A stretch of 64,000 bases of DNA from Anaeromyxobacter sp. (GCA_049840735.1 JASGJN010000017.1:384001-448000); one strand, 5' to 3'; shown: positions 10,549 through 19,293, counted from the stretch's first letter. A program made the numbers and translations. Notes: generated by a model from the letters alone, not told the origin.

Positions 10549-13419
10549 ATGATCGAGCGGGTCATCCACCAGATTTGGCATCCCTTCACCTCGAAGGAGA
10601 TGCCGCGCGACTGGCAGCGCTTCTCGCGCAGCTGGAAGCGGCAACACCCTGCGTACGAGCACCGGATTCGGGGCATCGACGAGAGCCGTCGCTTCGTGGC
10701 GACGCACTTCCCGGACTTCCTGCCCACCTACGACGGCTACGACGACCCCATCAAGCGCGTGGACACGCTGCGCGTGCTGCTGCTCGCGCACTTCGGCGGC
10801 CTCTACGTCGACCTGGACGTCGAGTGCCTGCGCCCTGTGGACCCGCTGCTCGCCGGCCAGCGGCTGGTCATCCCGGCAGAGCCGCCGGTGCACGCGGAGG
10901 GCTGGCGGAAGCGCGGCTACGATCACCGCCACGTGCTCTCCACCGCCTTCATGGCCTCGCAGGCTCGCCACCCCTTCTGGCGCGCGGTGATCGAGGAGTT
11001 CAAGCGCTCCACGCACCTGCCCGGCGTGATGGACAGCACCGGCCCGTTCGTCATCACCCGCTGCTACGAGCGCGACCCGGATCGCACCGCCATCGCGCTG
11101 GCGCCGCCCGACACCATCTACCCGGTGCACGGCGGCGAGTGCCAGACCGGCGCGGCCTACGACGTCGAGTACTGGGTGAAGCAGACCGCCCACTCCTACG
11201 CGGTCCACCACTGGGCCAGCACCTGGAACCGCCCCGGCGCCAAGGACCTGCCGGCGCTCCGTCCATACCTCGAGGGCCTGCCGGTCAAGTACCGCCACCC
11301 CAGGCTGCACGCGCAGCGCCCCGGCCAGCTCCTGCAGAAGGGGCCACTGGTGAGCTGCATCATGGTGAGCCGCGGCCGGGCCATGCCAGCGCGCTGGGCC
11401 ATCCAGTGCTTCCTCAACCAGACCTACGAGGACCGCGAGCTCCTCATCGTCACCACCCACGGCGAGGGCGACCTGCCTTCGCACATCCGCGAGCTGAACG
11501 ACCCGCGCATCCGCGTGGTGGGCGTCCTGCCGCCGGGCACGCCGGTGGGCACGCAGCGCAACGTGGCGCTGGATCACGCCAAGGGCGACTTCGTCTGCAC
11601 CTGGGACGACGACGATCTCTCCGGCGCGGACCGGCTGGCGGCCGGCGTCACCGCGCTCGCAACAGGCGCGGCCGCGGCGGCCTTCCTGGAGCGGATCCAC
11701 CTCTGGTGGCCGGGCCGCAAGCACCTGGCGGTGTCTGCGCGGCGCCACTGGGAGAAGACGGTCATCGCCCGCAAGGCGGTGATGGGCCGCTTCGACGACG
11801 TGGATCAGGCCGAGGACGCTGGCCTGATGGCGCGGCTCCTGGAGGAGCACCCGATCGTCGCGGTGGACGATCCCAACCTGTACACCTACGTGGCCTGGGG
11901 CGGGAACACCTCCACGCCGGAGCAGCTGGAGCGGCTCTTCGGCCAGGCCACCTTCCACGCCCGCGGCGCCGAACACGACCTCGCCGTGTCGGTGCTGGAC
12001 AAGCACGTTCCGGCGCTCGAGTACCTGGACTGGCTGGCGCGGCGGGATCCCAAGAGCTTCGAGCCGCCGCCCGATGCGGCGCCGCCGGCCCCTGCAGGCG
12101 AGCCGAGCCGGTCCCGGCTGGTCCCGGGCCCAGCCCGCCTCGGCCAGTCCCGCCCAGCGGGCAGCCCTTCCCTGCGCATCCTCTTCGCCTGGGAGCTGGG
12201 CGGTGGCCTGGGCCACACCGTGCCGCTCTCCCAGATCGCCCGGCCGCTTCTCGAGGCCGGCCACGAAGTCCACATGGCGCTGCTGGATTTCAGCTCCACC
12301 CGCGCTGCCCTGGGCAAGCTGGCCGGCCACCCCCGGCTGCACCTCTGGCAGGCGCCGTGCTGGCCGGCCAAGCTGAGCGGCCTGCCCGATCCGGCCTGCC
12401 ACGCCGAGCTCCTGTTCCACGCCGGCTTCCTCGACGCCCGGCGCATCGCCGGGCTGGCCGACGGCTGGGACAGCCTTTTCCGGCTGCTGCAGCCGGACCT
12501 GCTGGTGGCCGACAACGCGCCCACGGCGATGCTCGCCGCGCGCGGCCACGCCTTCAAGACCGCCATGGTGGGCACCGGCTTCTTCCTGCCCATGGACGGC
12601 GCGCCCATGCCCAGCTTCCGCGAGTGGGAGCCGGTGGCCCGGGAGCGGCTGGAGCAGGCCGAGGCGCGCGCGCTGGAGACCTGCAACACGCTGCTCCGGG
12701 CGCGCAGCCTGGCGCCGTTCCGGCAGCTGAGCGAGCTCTACCAGGTGGACGAGCGGTTCCTGATCACCGTCCCCGAGCTGGACCACTTCGAGGCCCGGGG
12801 GCGCGAGCCCTCGCAGAGCTACTACGGCATCCTGCCCGCGGCGACGCAGGGCCAGGCGGCCGAGTGGCCGCGGGGCACGGCCCCGGCCGTCTTCGCCTAC
12901 CTCAAGGCGGAGTACGAGCCGGTCCGCAAGGTGATCGCCGCGTTGCAGGCCAGCCCCTTCCGCGTGCTGGCCTACGTGGCCGGCATGTCGGCGCAGGCCG
13001 CAGCCGAGCTTTGCTCGGACCGGACCCGCATCGTGACCGACCCGGTGGACATGTCCGAGGTGGCCCGGACCGCCGATGCCATCCTCTGCCAGTCCGGCTC
13101 GTCCACGGTCGCCACGGGGCTGCTCGCCGGCAAGCCGCTGGTGATGCTGCCCATGCACGTGGAGCAGGCGCTGGTGGCCCGCCGCGTCCGGTCGATGGGC
13201 GCGGGGCTCTACGTGCTGGAGGACGCCATCGACCGGGTCGGCCCGGCGCTGCAGCGCGTGGTGACCGACCCGGCCTTCGGCGAGGCGGCCCGGGCCTTTG
13301 CCCGGCGCCATGCCAGCCCGCAGGGGAACCACGTGGCAGAGGCGGTCGCGGCCCGCTGCGAGGAGCTGGCCTCCGAGACCCGTAGCTCGCGCGCCGCGCG
13401 CCCGCCCTCCGCCGCATGA
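10549..13419 (+). CDS. Three-domain glycosyltransferase fusion: GT32/OCH1-like DxD domain + GT2 (GT-A) + GT-B (GT1/GT28-like)
   Basis: MIERVIHQIW...FGGLYVDLDVECLRP...STGP...HHWASTW (GT32); PLVSCIMVS...NQTYEDRELLIV...RNVALDHAKGDFVCTWDDDD (GT2); ILFAWELGGGLGH...GKPLVMLPMHVEQ (GT-B). Start taken at ATG 10549. Confidence 0.85.
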   Translation: MIERVIHQIWHPFTSKEMPRDWQRFSRSWKRQHPAYEHRIRGIDESRRFVATHFPDFLPTYDGYDDPIKRVDTLRVLLLAHFGGLYVDLDVECLRPVDPLLAGQRLVIPAEPPVHAEGWRKRGYDHRHVLSTAFMASQARHPFWRAVIEEFKRSTHLPGVMDSTGPFVITRCYERDPDRTAIALAPPDTIYPVHGGECQTGAAYDVEYWVKQTAHSYAVHHWASTWNRPGAKDLPALRPYLEGLPVKYRHPRLHAQRPGQLLQKGPLVSCIMVSRGRAMPARWAIQCFLNQTYEDRELLIVTTHGEGDLPSHIRELNDPRIRVVGVLPPGTPVGTQRNVALDHAKGDFVCTWDDDDLSGADRLAAGVTALATGAAAAAFLERIHLWWPGRKHLAVSARRHWEKTVIARKAVMGRFDDVDQAEDAGLMARLLEEHPIVAVDDPNLYTYVAWGGNTSTPEQLERLFGQATFHARGAEHDLAVSVLDKHVPALEYLDWLARRDPKSFEPPPDAAPPAPAGEPSRSRLVPGPARLGQSRPAGSPSLRILFAWELGGGLGHTVPLSQIARPLLEAGHEVHMALLDFSSTRAALGKLAGHPRLHLWQAPCWPAKLSGLPDPACHAELLFHAGFLDARRIAGLADGWDSLFRLLQPDLLVADNAPTAMLAARGHAFKTAMVGTGFFLPMDGAPMPSFREWEPVARERLEQAEARALETCNTLLRARSLAPFRQLSELYQVDERFLITVPELDHFEARGREPSQSYYGILPAATQGQAAEWPRGTAPAVFAYLKAEYEPVRKVIAALQASPFRVLAYVAGMSAQAAAELCSDRTRIVTDPVDMSEVARTADAILCQSGSSTVATGLLAGKPLVMLPMHVEQALVARRVRSMGAGLYVLEDAIDRVGPALQRVVTDPAFGEAARAFARRHASPQGNHVAEAVAARCEELASETRSSRAARPPSAA

Positions 13420-13997
13420 CCGACGAGCGCTACCACTTCACCTCGGACTGGTTCACCCGCGTCATCCCCGCCTGGCGGGCGCTCTTCAGCCTCATGAGCT
13501 GGAGCGCCCATGAGCCGCGTCTGGCGGTGGAGATCGGCTCGCACGAGGGGCGCTCAGCGCTCTGGACGCTGGAGCATGTCCCGGGGATGCAGCACCCCGA
13601 CAGCCGCATCCACTGCATCGACATCTGGGACCAGCCGGTCGCCCTGGCAAACTTCCAGGCCAACGTGGCCCGCTTCCACCGGCCCGAGCAGATCGTCATG
13701 CACCAGGGGCCGTCGTCCGAGGCGCTGGTCCGGCTTCCGGCGGGCTGCGCTGACATGGTGTACGTGGACGGGGACCACACCGCGCCGGGCGTCCTGTCCG
13801 ATCTGGTCCTGGGGTTCCGGGTGCTCAAGCTGGGCGGGGTGATGATCTGCGACGACTACCTGTGGAGCCGCAGCACGGACATCCTGGAGTCGCCGAAGCT
13901 GGCCATCGACATGTTCACCAACATCTACCGGGCGAAGATCGCTCTGGTTTCTGACCTGCCGCTCTACCAGATCATGTTCCTCAAGATGGGTCACTAG
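13416..13997 (+). CDS. Class I SAM-dependent methyltransferase (Methyltransf_24-like)
   Basis: VEIGSHEGRS, CIDIW, DMVYVDGDH, LKLGGVMICDDY. ATGA overlap with the upstream stop. Confidence 0.85.
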   Translation: MTDERYHFTSDWFTRVIPAWRALFSLMSWSAHEPRLAVEIGSHEGRSALWTLEHVPGMQHPDSRIHCIDIWDQPVALANFQANVARFHRPEQIVMHQGPSSEALVRLPAGCADMVYVDGDHTAPGVLSDLVLGFRVLKLGGVMICDDYLWSRSTDILESPKLAIDMFTNIYRAKIALVSDLPLYQIMFLKMGH

Positions 13998-14201
13998 GAA
14001 CCCGTCGCGGCCGGCCCGGAGGCGATTCTGCGCCTGGTCGCTAAACTGTGGCCGCGGCCGGAGGATAACTCTCCATCACCCCCGAACATCCCTGTCTGAT
14101 GGTCCCCGGTGCCCGGCACCGGTGGCGCGATCCTTCCATCGCCTGACCGCGCCGCCCGTGCCGAACGGGCGGATCTGGGCCAGGGCGGACTGGAGCCGGA
14201 C

Positions 14202-15242
14202 GTGCTGGAATACAAGAACGACCTCCTGGAGCACCTCCGCTGGCTGCGCGAGGCGGTCCTCGGCGCAAGCGCCGAGCTGATCGTGGCGGGCCACTCGGTC
14301 CAGGCGCTGATCCGCCGCGAGCCGGCGGTCCTGGCGCTGGAGCCGCTGTTCAAGGGCAACGTCGACGGGCAGACGCTCTTCACGCCGCAGCTCCACCCGC
14401 AGGCGGATCGGTTCATGGGCTGGCTGCCCTACCCGCCCCGCCGCTGGGACGCGGCCGCCGACCGGCTGGCCTTCAAGGCGCACGCGCAGAAGGTGGGGCT
14501 GCGCGTGCCGGGGACCTTCACCGAGGCCAAGGGAGCGCCGGCGGACGTGGTGGTGAAGCGCCCCCAGCCCTCGGCCGACCACCCGCCCCGGGGCCCCTAC
14601 CGCTCCGCCTTCGAGCAGCCGCTCTCCGAGGCCGACGGTGAGTACTACGAGCCGCTGGTGATCGGCGACCGGCTCAAGGTCTGGTTCTGGTGCGGGCAGG
14701 CGGTCTGCGCCGAGTTGGACCGGCTCCCCTCGGTCCTGGGCGACGGCGCGTCGTCGCTGCGCGACCTGGTCATCCACCGCGCCAGCTTCACCGGCCCGCG
14801 CACCGACCGCGAAGCGCAGCTGCTGCTCGCCCGGGTCGAGACCGTGCTCCAGTTCTTCCGCACCACCCCGAGCGCCGTGCTCCCCGCCGGCCAGCGGCAG
14901 ATCGTCGACCTGCACCACGGCTCCGAGCTGGCCCACCCCTCCGACCGGCAGCACATCGACTTCCTCTCCGCGCCGGACGAGGGCTGGTTCGCCGAGATCC
15001 GCAAGGCGGGCCCGCTGCTGCTCGAAGCGCTCCCGGAGGCGCAGCGCGGCGACGCGCTCTTCACCGCCGACATCGTCCTCGACGAGGAGGGCCGCCCCTG
15101 GTTCCTGGGGATGAACAGCGTCTTCGCCGTGCACCCGCTGGTCTACCGGGCCATGATCCCCGCGCTGCTGGAGCGACGGGGAGCTTCCCTGCCTGAGCCG
15201 CTGCCCGAGCAGGCGCCCGCGACCACGGCGGACGCCAGCTGA
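14202..15242 (+). CDS. ATP-grasp-fold protein, atypical (start uncertain; ORF extends to 14109)
   Basis: DRLAFKAHAQKVGLRVP, VVVKR, LPSVLGDGASSLRDLV (cyanophycin synthetase/GshF-like insert), FTADIVLDEEGRPWFLGMNS. GGAG precedes GTG at 14202. Confidence 0.6.
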   Translation: MLEYKNDLLEHLRWLREAVLGASAELIVAGHSVQALIRREPAVLALEPLFKGNVDGQTLFTPQLHPQADRFMGWLPYPPRRWDAAADRLAFKAHAQKVGLRVPGTFTEAKGAPADVVVKRPQPSADHPPRGPYRSAFEQPLSEADGEYYEPLVIGDRLKVWFWCGQAVCAELDRLPSVLGDGASSLRDLVIHRASFTGPRTDREAQLLLARVETVLQFFRTTPSAVLPAGQRQIVDLHHGSELAHPSDRQHIDFLSAPDEGWFAEIRKAGPLLLEALPEAQRGDALFTADIVLDEEGRPWFLGMNSVFAVHPLVYRAMIPALLERRGASLPEPLPEQAPATTADAS

Positions 15243-15280
15243 CCATCGAGCTTCGAAGCCCCGACGCAGCAGGAGGTCAC

Positions 15281-15850
15281 GTGAACGAGACGAACACCGA
15301 CTATTTCCCCGCGCTCATGCAGCGCATCCAGGCCGGCGCGCCGGCCCAGCAGCTCCTGGCGCAGGCGGCGGACGAGTATCCCCGCGACCCGCGGCCGCTG
15401 CTGCTGCTCGCCGCCGAGTTCATGCACGAGGGGCAGGTGGACCGCGCCGAGGCGGCCTACGTCTTCGCCCTGCACCGGGCGCCGGACTTCGCCATCGCCC
15501 GCTTCCAGCTCGGACTGCTCCAGTGGACCAGCGGCCGGCCCGCCGCGGCAATCGCCACCTGGGCGCCGCTCGACGCGCTCGACCCGGCGGAGCCGCTGCG
15601 CCTCTTCAAGCAGGGGCTCACGGCGCTCGCCCAGGACCAGTTCGAGGACGCGCGCCGGTGGATCCTCGAGGGCATCGCGCACAACAGCGTGAACCTGCCG
15701 CTCAATCGCGACATGCAGATGGTGCTCGACCGCATGGCCTCCGCCGGCCTGGGCGCCGGGGCGCCTCCTGCGCAGCCCCCTGCGGCCGCGCCGCCGGCCG
15801 AGGGCGGCCAGGAGCACGTGCTCATCTCCGGCTACCGCTCCGGACGCTGA
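15281..15850 (+). CDS. TPR-like helical protein
   Basis: YPRDPRPLLLLAAEF...AEAAYVFALHRAPDFAIARFQLGLL TPR pattern; AGGAGG RBS before GTG. Confidence 0.75.
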   Translation: MNETNTDYFPALMQRIQAGAPAQQLLAQAADEYPRDPRPLLLLAAEFMHEGQVDRAEAAYVFALHRAPDFAIARFQLGLLQWTSGRPAAAIATWAPLDALDPAEPLRLFKQGLTALAQDQFEDARRWILEGIAHNSVNLPLNRDMQMVLDRMASAGLGAGAPPAQPPAAAPPAEGGQEHVLISGYRSGR

Positions 15851-15862
15851 CCCAGCAGCCCG

Positions 15863-16246
15863 ATGAGCCCCATCGATCCCACCAGTCCCCTGCTGGCGCA
15901 GATCCGCGCCCAGGCCGTCGCCTGGGCGCGGCAGGCCCAGGGCAAGGAGCGGCCCGGACAGCAGGCCGGGGCCAGGCGCGGGACGCCCCGGGCACCGGGA
16001 GACTGGCTGGGGCACGTCGCCACCTCGGTGGCGGCGATCGACCGCGAGGACCCGAACCGCCAGCGCAAGGCCTTCCGCTGCTACCTGCAGGCGCTGCTGG
16101 CCCGCGAGTGCGGCATCGAGGACGACGGGGCGCCCGACTTCCAGCAGCTGGTGGACCGGGTGCTGGAGACCATGGAAGGGGAGCCGCAGCTCCAGGCTGC
16201 CATCCAGAAGGCCGGCGAGGCGCTGCTGAGGACGGCGAGCCCCTGA
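15863..16246 (+). CDS. Small helical hypothetical protein, co-oriented with the TPR gene
   Basis: 127-aa ORF 12 bp after the TPR gene, typical codon usage. Confidence 0.7.
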   Translation: MSPIDPTSPLLAQIRAQAVAWARQAQGKERPGQQAGARRGTPRAPGDWLGHVATSVAAIDREDPNRQRKAFRCYLQALLARECGIEDDGAPDFQQLVDRVLETMEGEPQLQAAIQKAGEALLRTASP

Positions 16247-16266
16247 GCTCGCCCCCCGGGGCCTCC

Positions 16267-16950
16267 TCAGGGCATCCCGCCCATCCCGCCACCGCCCATG
16301 CCGCCGTGGTGGTCGTCGCAGCCCATCATCCCGCCGTCGGTGCAGGGCATCGGCCAGTCATCCGGGTGGTCCTCGCAGGTCACGCCGCTGGGCGTCGTTC
16401 CGGGCGTCCACGGCTGGCCGTTGATGGTGAAGGTGCCGTCGCCGTCGTCCACGCAGGTGAAGGTCTCGCCGGAGGCGCCGCCCATCATCCCGAGGTGCTC
16501 GCCGCACTGCTCGTAGCGGACCCGCTGGTGGTCCATGAAGGCGGACATGATGCAGTGGTGCCCGGCGGCCTCCGCCTCCTGACCGGCCGGATCCGCGGCG
16601 GTGCACGCGTGCGTGTGGTGGTAGGCCATCTGCGCCTGCATCGCTGCCACCATGCACTCCAGGTCGGCCGGCGTGGCGGCGGGCATGTGCGCGTCCATCC
16701 AGCCGCTCATGCCTTCCATCCGCGTGAGCATGCCGTCCATGGCGCTCTCATGCCGCTGCTCCGCGTCCTCGCAGGTGGCGGTGTCCGGCAGCGACGCAGT
16801 CTCGCCGGCGTAGGTGGTCAGCTCCCCGCTCACTTGCTGCCCGAGGGCCTGGTACGCGGCCATGCGCTGCTCCGCCGTGGCGCCCGAGCCACCCCCGGAC
16901 CCGCACCCTGCCGCCACCAGCACCGCCACGAACCACGCATGCCTGGTCAT
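16267..16950 (-). CDS. Met/His/Cys-rich putative lipoprotein
   Basis: MTRHAWFVAVLVAAGC lipobox, AGGAGG RBS, many M/H/C residues (HHTHAC, GHHCIM, MMGCDDHH). Confidence 0.75.
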   Translation of the reverse strand: MTRHAWFVAVLVAAGCGSGGGSGATAEQRMAAYQALGQQVSGELTTYAGETASLPDTATCEDAEQRHESAMDGMLTRMEGMSGWMDAHMPAATPADLECMVAAMQAQMAYHHTHACTAADPAGQEAEAAGHHCIMSAFMDHQRVRYEQCGEHLGMMGGASGETFTCVDDGDGTFTINGQPWTPGTTPSGVTCEDHPDDWPMPCTDGGMMGCDDHHGGMGGGGMGGMP

Positions 16951-17370
16951 GACCCGCTCCTCCTGGCGCGCCGGGCGCGCGACTGCCTCGCGACGGCAAG
17001 TCCTGCGCGCTGCGGCGCCGATCCGCGGCGCAGCACTTGGCGTGCCAGACGCTGCGGAGCGCCACACTCGGACCGCAGTTCGGCTCCACGGGGGCGGGAG
17101 CGCACACCCCTCGGTCGCGCCTTGCAGCGCCGTCCCGTTCCTCCAGTCCGCCAGAATTGCGCGAAGGCGCCCCGGCGGCCAGCCCTCCCCCTGGCCGCGC
17201 ATGATCCCGGGCCTGGAGGGCGAGGAGCGTGTGTTGGACGGCTCGAACCGGAAGTCCTAGCCGTCCGGCATCACGTTCGTCAGGCCCATGCAAGCGAAGA
17301 GCCCTCGCCGCCGCGTGGCGCGCCGGCACTGCGCGCTTGCGAAACGAGCCCGGACCAGCATGATGATTCG

Positions 17371-17844
17371 ATGCCCGCCACAGCCACGGTGACGCTCTTC
17401 CCGGTGGCCGCCTTGCCGGCGCTCCGCGAAGCCGCGGAGCAGCGCCAGCCGGGCGCGGCGCAGGGCACCTTGCGACGGACGGTCGCCCAGCACGGACGCC
17501 CGGTCGCGGCATATGGCTGGGCTGGTTATGTGCTCGCCACCCTCCTCGCCTGCCTGGAGGAGCTGCGCGCCATCACGCTCGACTCGGACCTGGACGACCT
17601 GGCGCTCGGGCTGGCCGAGAAGCAGAACGCCTCGTTCATCTTCCTCACCCCCGAGCACCGCAGGTGGCTGCCCGAGCTGGAGCCGGCGCGCTTCACCGAG
17701 CAGGAGCTGTGCGCGTACTTCAATGACTTCAACGAGTGCGAGGAGCCGGACTCCGGCCGCCCCATGCTCGAGGGCGTCGGCTTCCTCCAGCGCGCCATCG
17801 CGGCGGTCGAGCCGGACACGGTGGGGCTGCTGGTCATCGGCTGA
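17371..17844 (+). CDS. Hypothetical protein (157 aa)
   Basis: Protein-like C-terminal part of track ORF 15523..17844, from ATG 17371 (MPATATVTLF...GLLVIG). Confidence 0.65.
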   Translation: MPATATVTLFPVAALPALREAAEQRQPGAAQGTLRRTVAQHGRPVAAYGWAGYVLATLLACLEELRAITLDSDLDDLALGLAEKQNASFIFLTPEHRRWLPELEPARFTEQELCAYFNDFNECEEPDSGRPMLEGVGFLQRAIAAVEPDTVGLLVIG

Positions 17845-17863
17845 GCGGGCCGTCCCCGGTCGG

Positions 17864-17907
17864 CCTTCGACTCCGCCCCGCCTGCGGCGGGGCTACGCTC
17901 AGGATGA
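17864..17907. repeat. REP-like palindromic element
   Basis: CCTTCGACTCCG-(hairpin)-CTACGCTCAGG, the same family as at 23406, 32136, 54138 and 62433. Sits between convergent genes. Confidence 0.75.
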
Positions 17908-17934
17908 CCGGGAACTCCACTCACCCCGCCCTCC

Positions 17935-18819
17935 TCACCGCAGGAGCTGCTGCAGCGCCTTGCGCACCGTGCGGGCGACCGTGGCGGGCACCGGCGCCTC
18001 GCCGGCCGTGCGGCAGAGCTTGAGCGTGGAGCGCAGGCTGTCGCAGCGGCGCTGGCAGGCCTGGCAGCCTTTGAGGTGCTCCTCCAGCTCGGCGCACAGG
18101 CTGGGCGCGATCTCTCCCTCCAGCCGGCGGGAGAACGCCTCCACCACGTCGCGGCAGCCCGCATCCGTTCGCGGTTCGACAGGCTCACCGCGAACGGTGT
18201 CGACGGGACCAGCCCGGGCGGGGACCAGCTCGGGCAGCCCGGCCTCGAGCACCGGGGCCATCCGCTCCCGGACCGCCACCCGGGCGCGGTGCAGGCGGCT
18301 CTTCACCGCCTCCACGGTGAGGCCCAGGATCTCCGCCACCTCGGGCGCGGTCAGCCCCTCCACGTCCCGGAGCACCAGCACCTCCCGGTACATCGGCTCG
18401 AGCGAGCCGATGGCATCGTCCAGCGCCGTCTCCAGGCGGCGGCCCTCGAGGTGCTCGTCTGGGCCGCGGGCGGGATCGGCGAGCTCGAGCGCTGCGCGGG
18501 CCGGCTCGCCCTGATCCAGCGACTCCACCACCTCCGGCGCGAACCTGGACCGGCGCCGGTGCTTGATGCAGAAGCTGCGGGCGATGGTGAAGAGCCAGGT
18601 GGAAATCGACGAGGCGCCGCGGAACTCGGGGAGGCTGCGGGCCGCGGCCAGCAGCGTCTCCTGGAGCACGTCCTTCGCGTCCTCCTCCGCGCGGCACATC
18701 TTCATGCCGAACCGGAACACCCGGGCCTGGTGGCGCACCAGCAGCCGCTCCAGCGCCTGGCGATCGCCGCCACGGGCAGCCTCCACGAGCTGGTCGTCGC
18801 TCTCCATGGCCAGCGTCAT
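17935..18819 (-). CDS. ECF sigma-70 factor with fused C-terminal zf-HC2 (ZAS-type) zinc finger
   Basis: DAKDVLQETLL...STWLFTIAR (sigma2); REVLVLRDVEGLTAPEVAEILGLTVEAVKSRLHRAR (sigma4); C-terminal C...HLKGCQAC. Confidence 0.9.
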   Translation of the reverse strand: MTLAMESDDQLVEAARGGDRQALERLLVRHQARVFRFGMKMCRAEEDAKDVLQETLLAAARSLPEFRGASSISTWLFTIARSFCIKHRRRSRFAPEVVESLDQGEPARAALELADPARGPDEHLEGRRLETALDDAIGSLEPMYREVLVLRDVEGLTAPEVAEILGLTVEAVKSRLHRARVAVRERMAPVLEAGLPELVPARAGPVDTVRGEPVEPRTDAGCRDVVEAFSRRLEGEIAPSLCAELEEHLKGCQACQRRCDSLRSTLKLCRTAGEAPVPATVARTVRKALQQLLR

Positions 18820-18846
18820 ACCCGAGGGTCGGCCGGGGCTCAATCG

Positions 18847-19275
18847 CTACCGCTGGAACGCTGCCCTGAACACCTCCGGCATGTGCCCTACCTTGCCGGT
18901 CCGGTAGTCGAAGAAGACGATGCCGGTCTTGGCGCGCACCATCTCGGTCCCGCTGGCGCGATCGGTGATCCGGTAGTAGAGCTCGCAGCCGCGCGAGCGC
19001 AGCGCCGTCACCGCCACCTCCACCAGCAGCGACATGCCGTACTTCACCTCGCGGGCGTAGACCGCGGCGGTGTCCACGATGGCGATGCCGATCCCGCCCG
19101 CCACGTCCAGCTCGGACCAGCCCTGCGAGGCGAAGAGCTGGGCCCGGGCCTCGTGGGTGTAGCCCAGCAGCTTGTCATGCCCGACGTGGCCGCCGTAGTT
19201 CAGGTCCTGGATGCGGACCGGCAGCTCGGTGGTGAAGTCCCAGCGATCCGGCAGCTCCAGCTCCACCCGCGCCAT
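18847..19275 (-). CDS. Hotdog-fold thioesterase (4HBT family)
   Basis: VRIQDLNYGGHVGH...HEAR motif. Confidence 0.85.
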   Translation of the reverse strand: MARVELELPDRWDFTTELPVRIQDLNYGGHVGHDKLLGYTHEARAQLFASQGWSELDVAGGIGIAIVDTAAVYAREVKYGMSLLVEVAVTALRSRGCELYYRITDRASGTEMVRAKTGIVFFDYRTGKVGHMPEVFRAAFQR

Positions 19276-19293
19276 GCGTGCCTCCGCTCAGTC

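Noticed and set aside
10498..13385. 944-aa minus and 958-aa plus alternative ORFs
   Set aside because: Shadow and off-frame ORFs of the glycosyltransferase gene, expected at this GC content.
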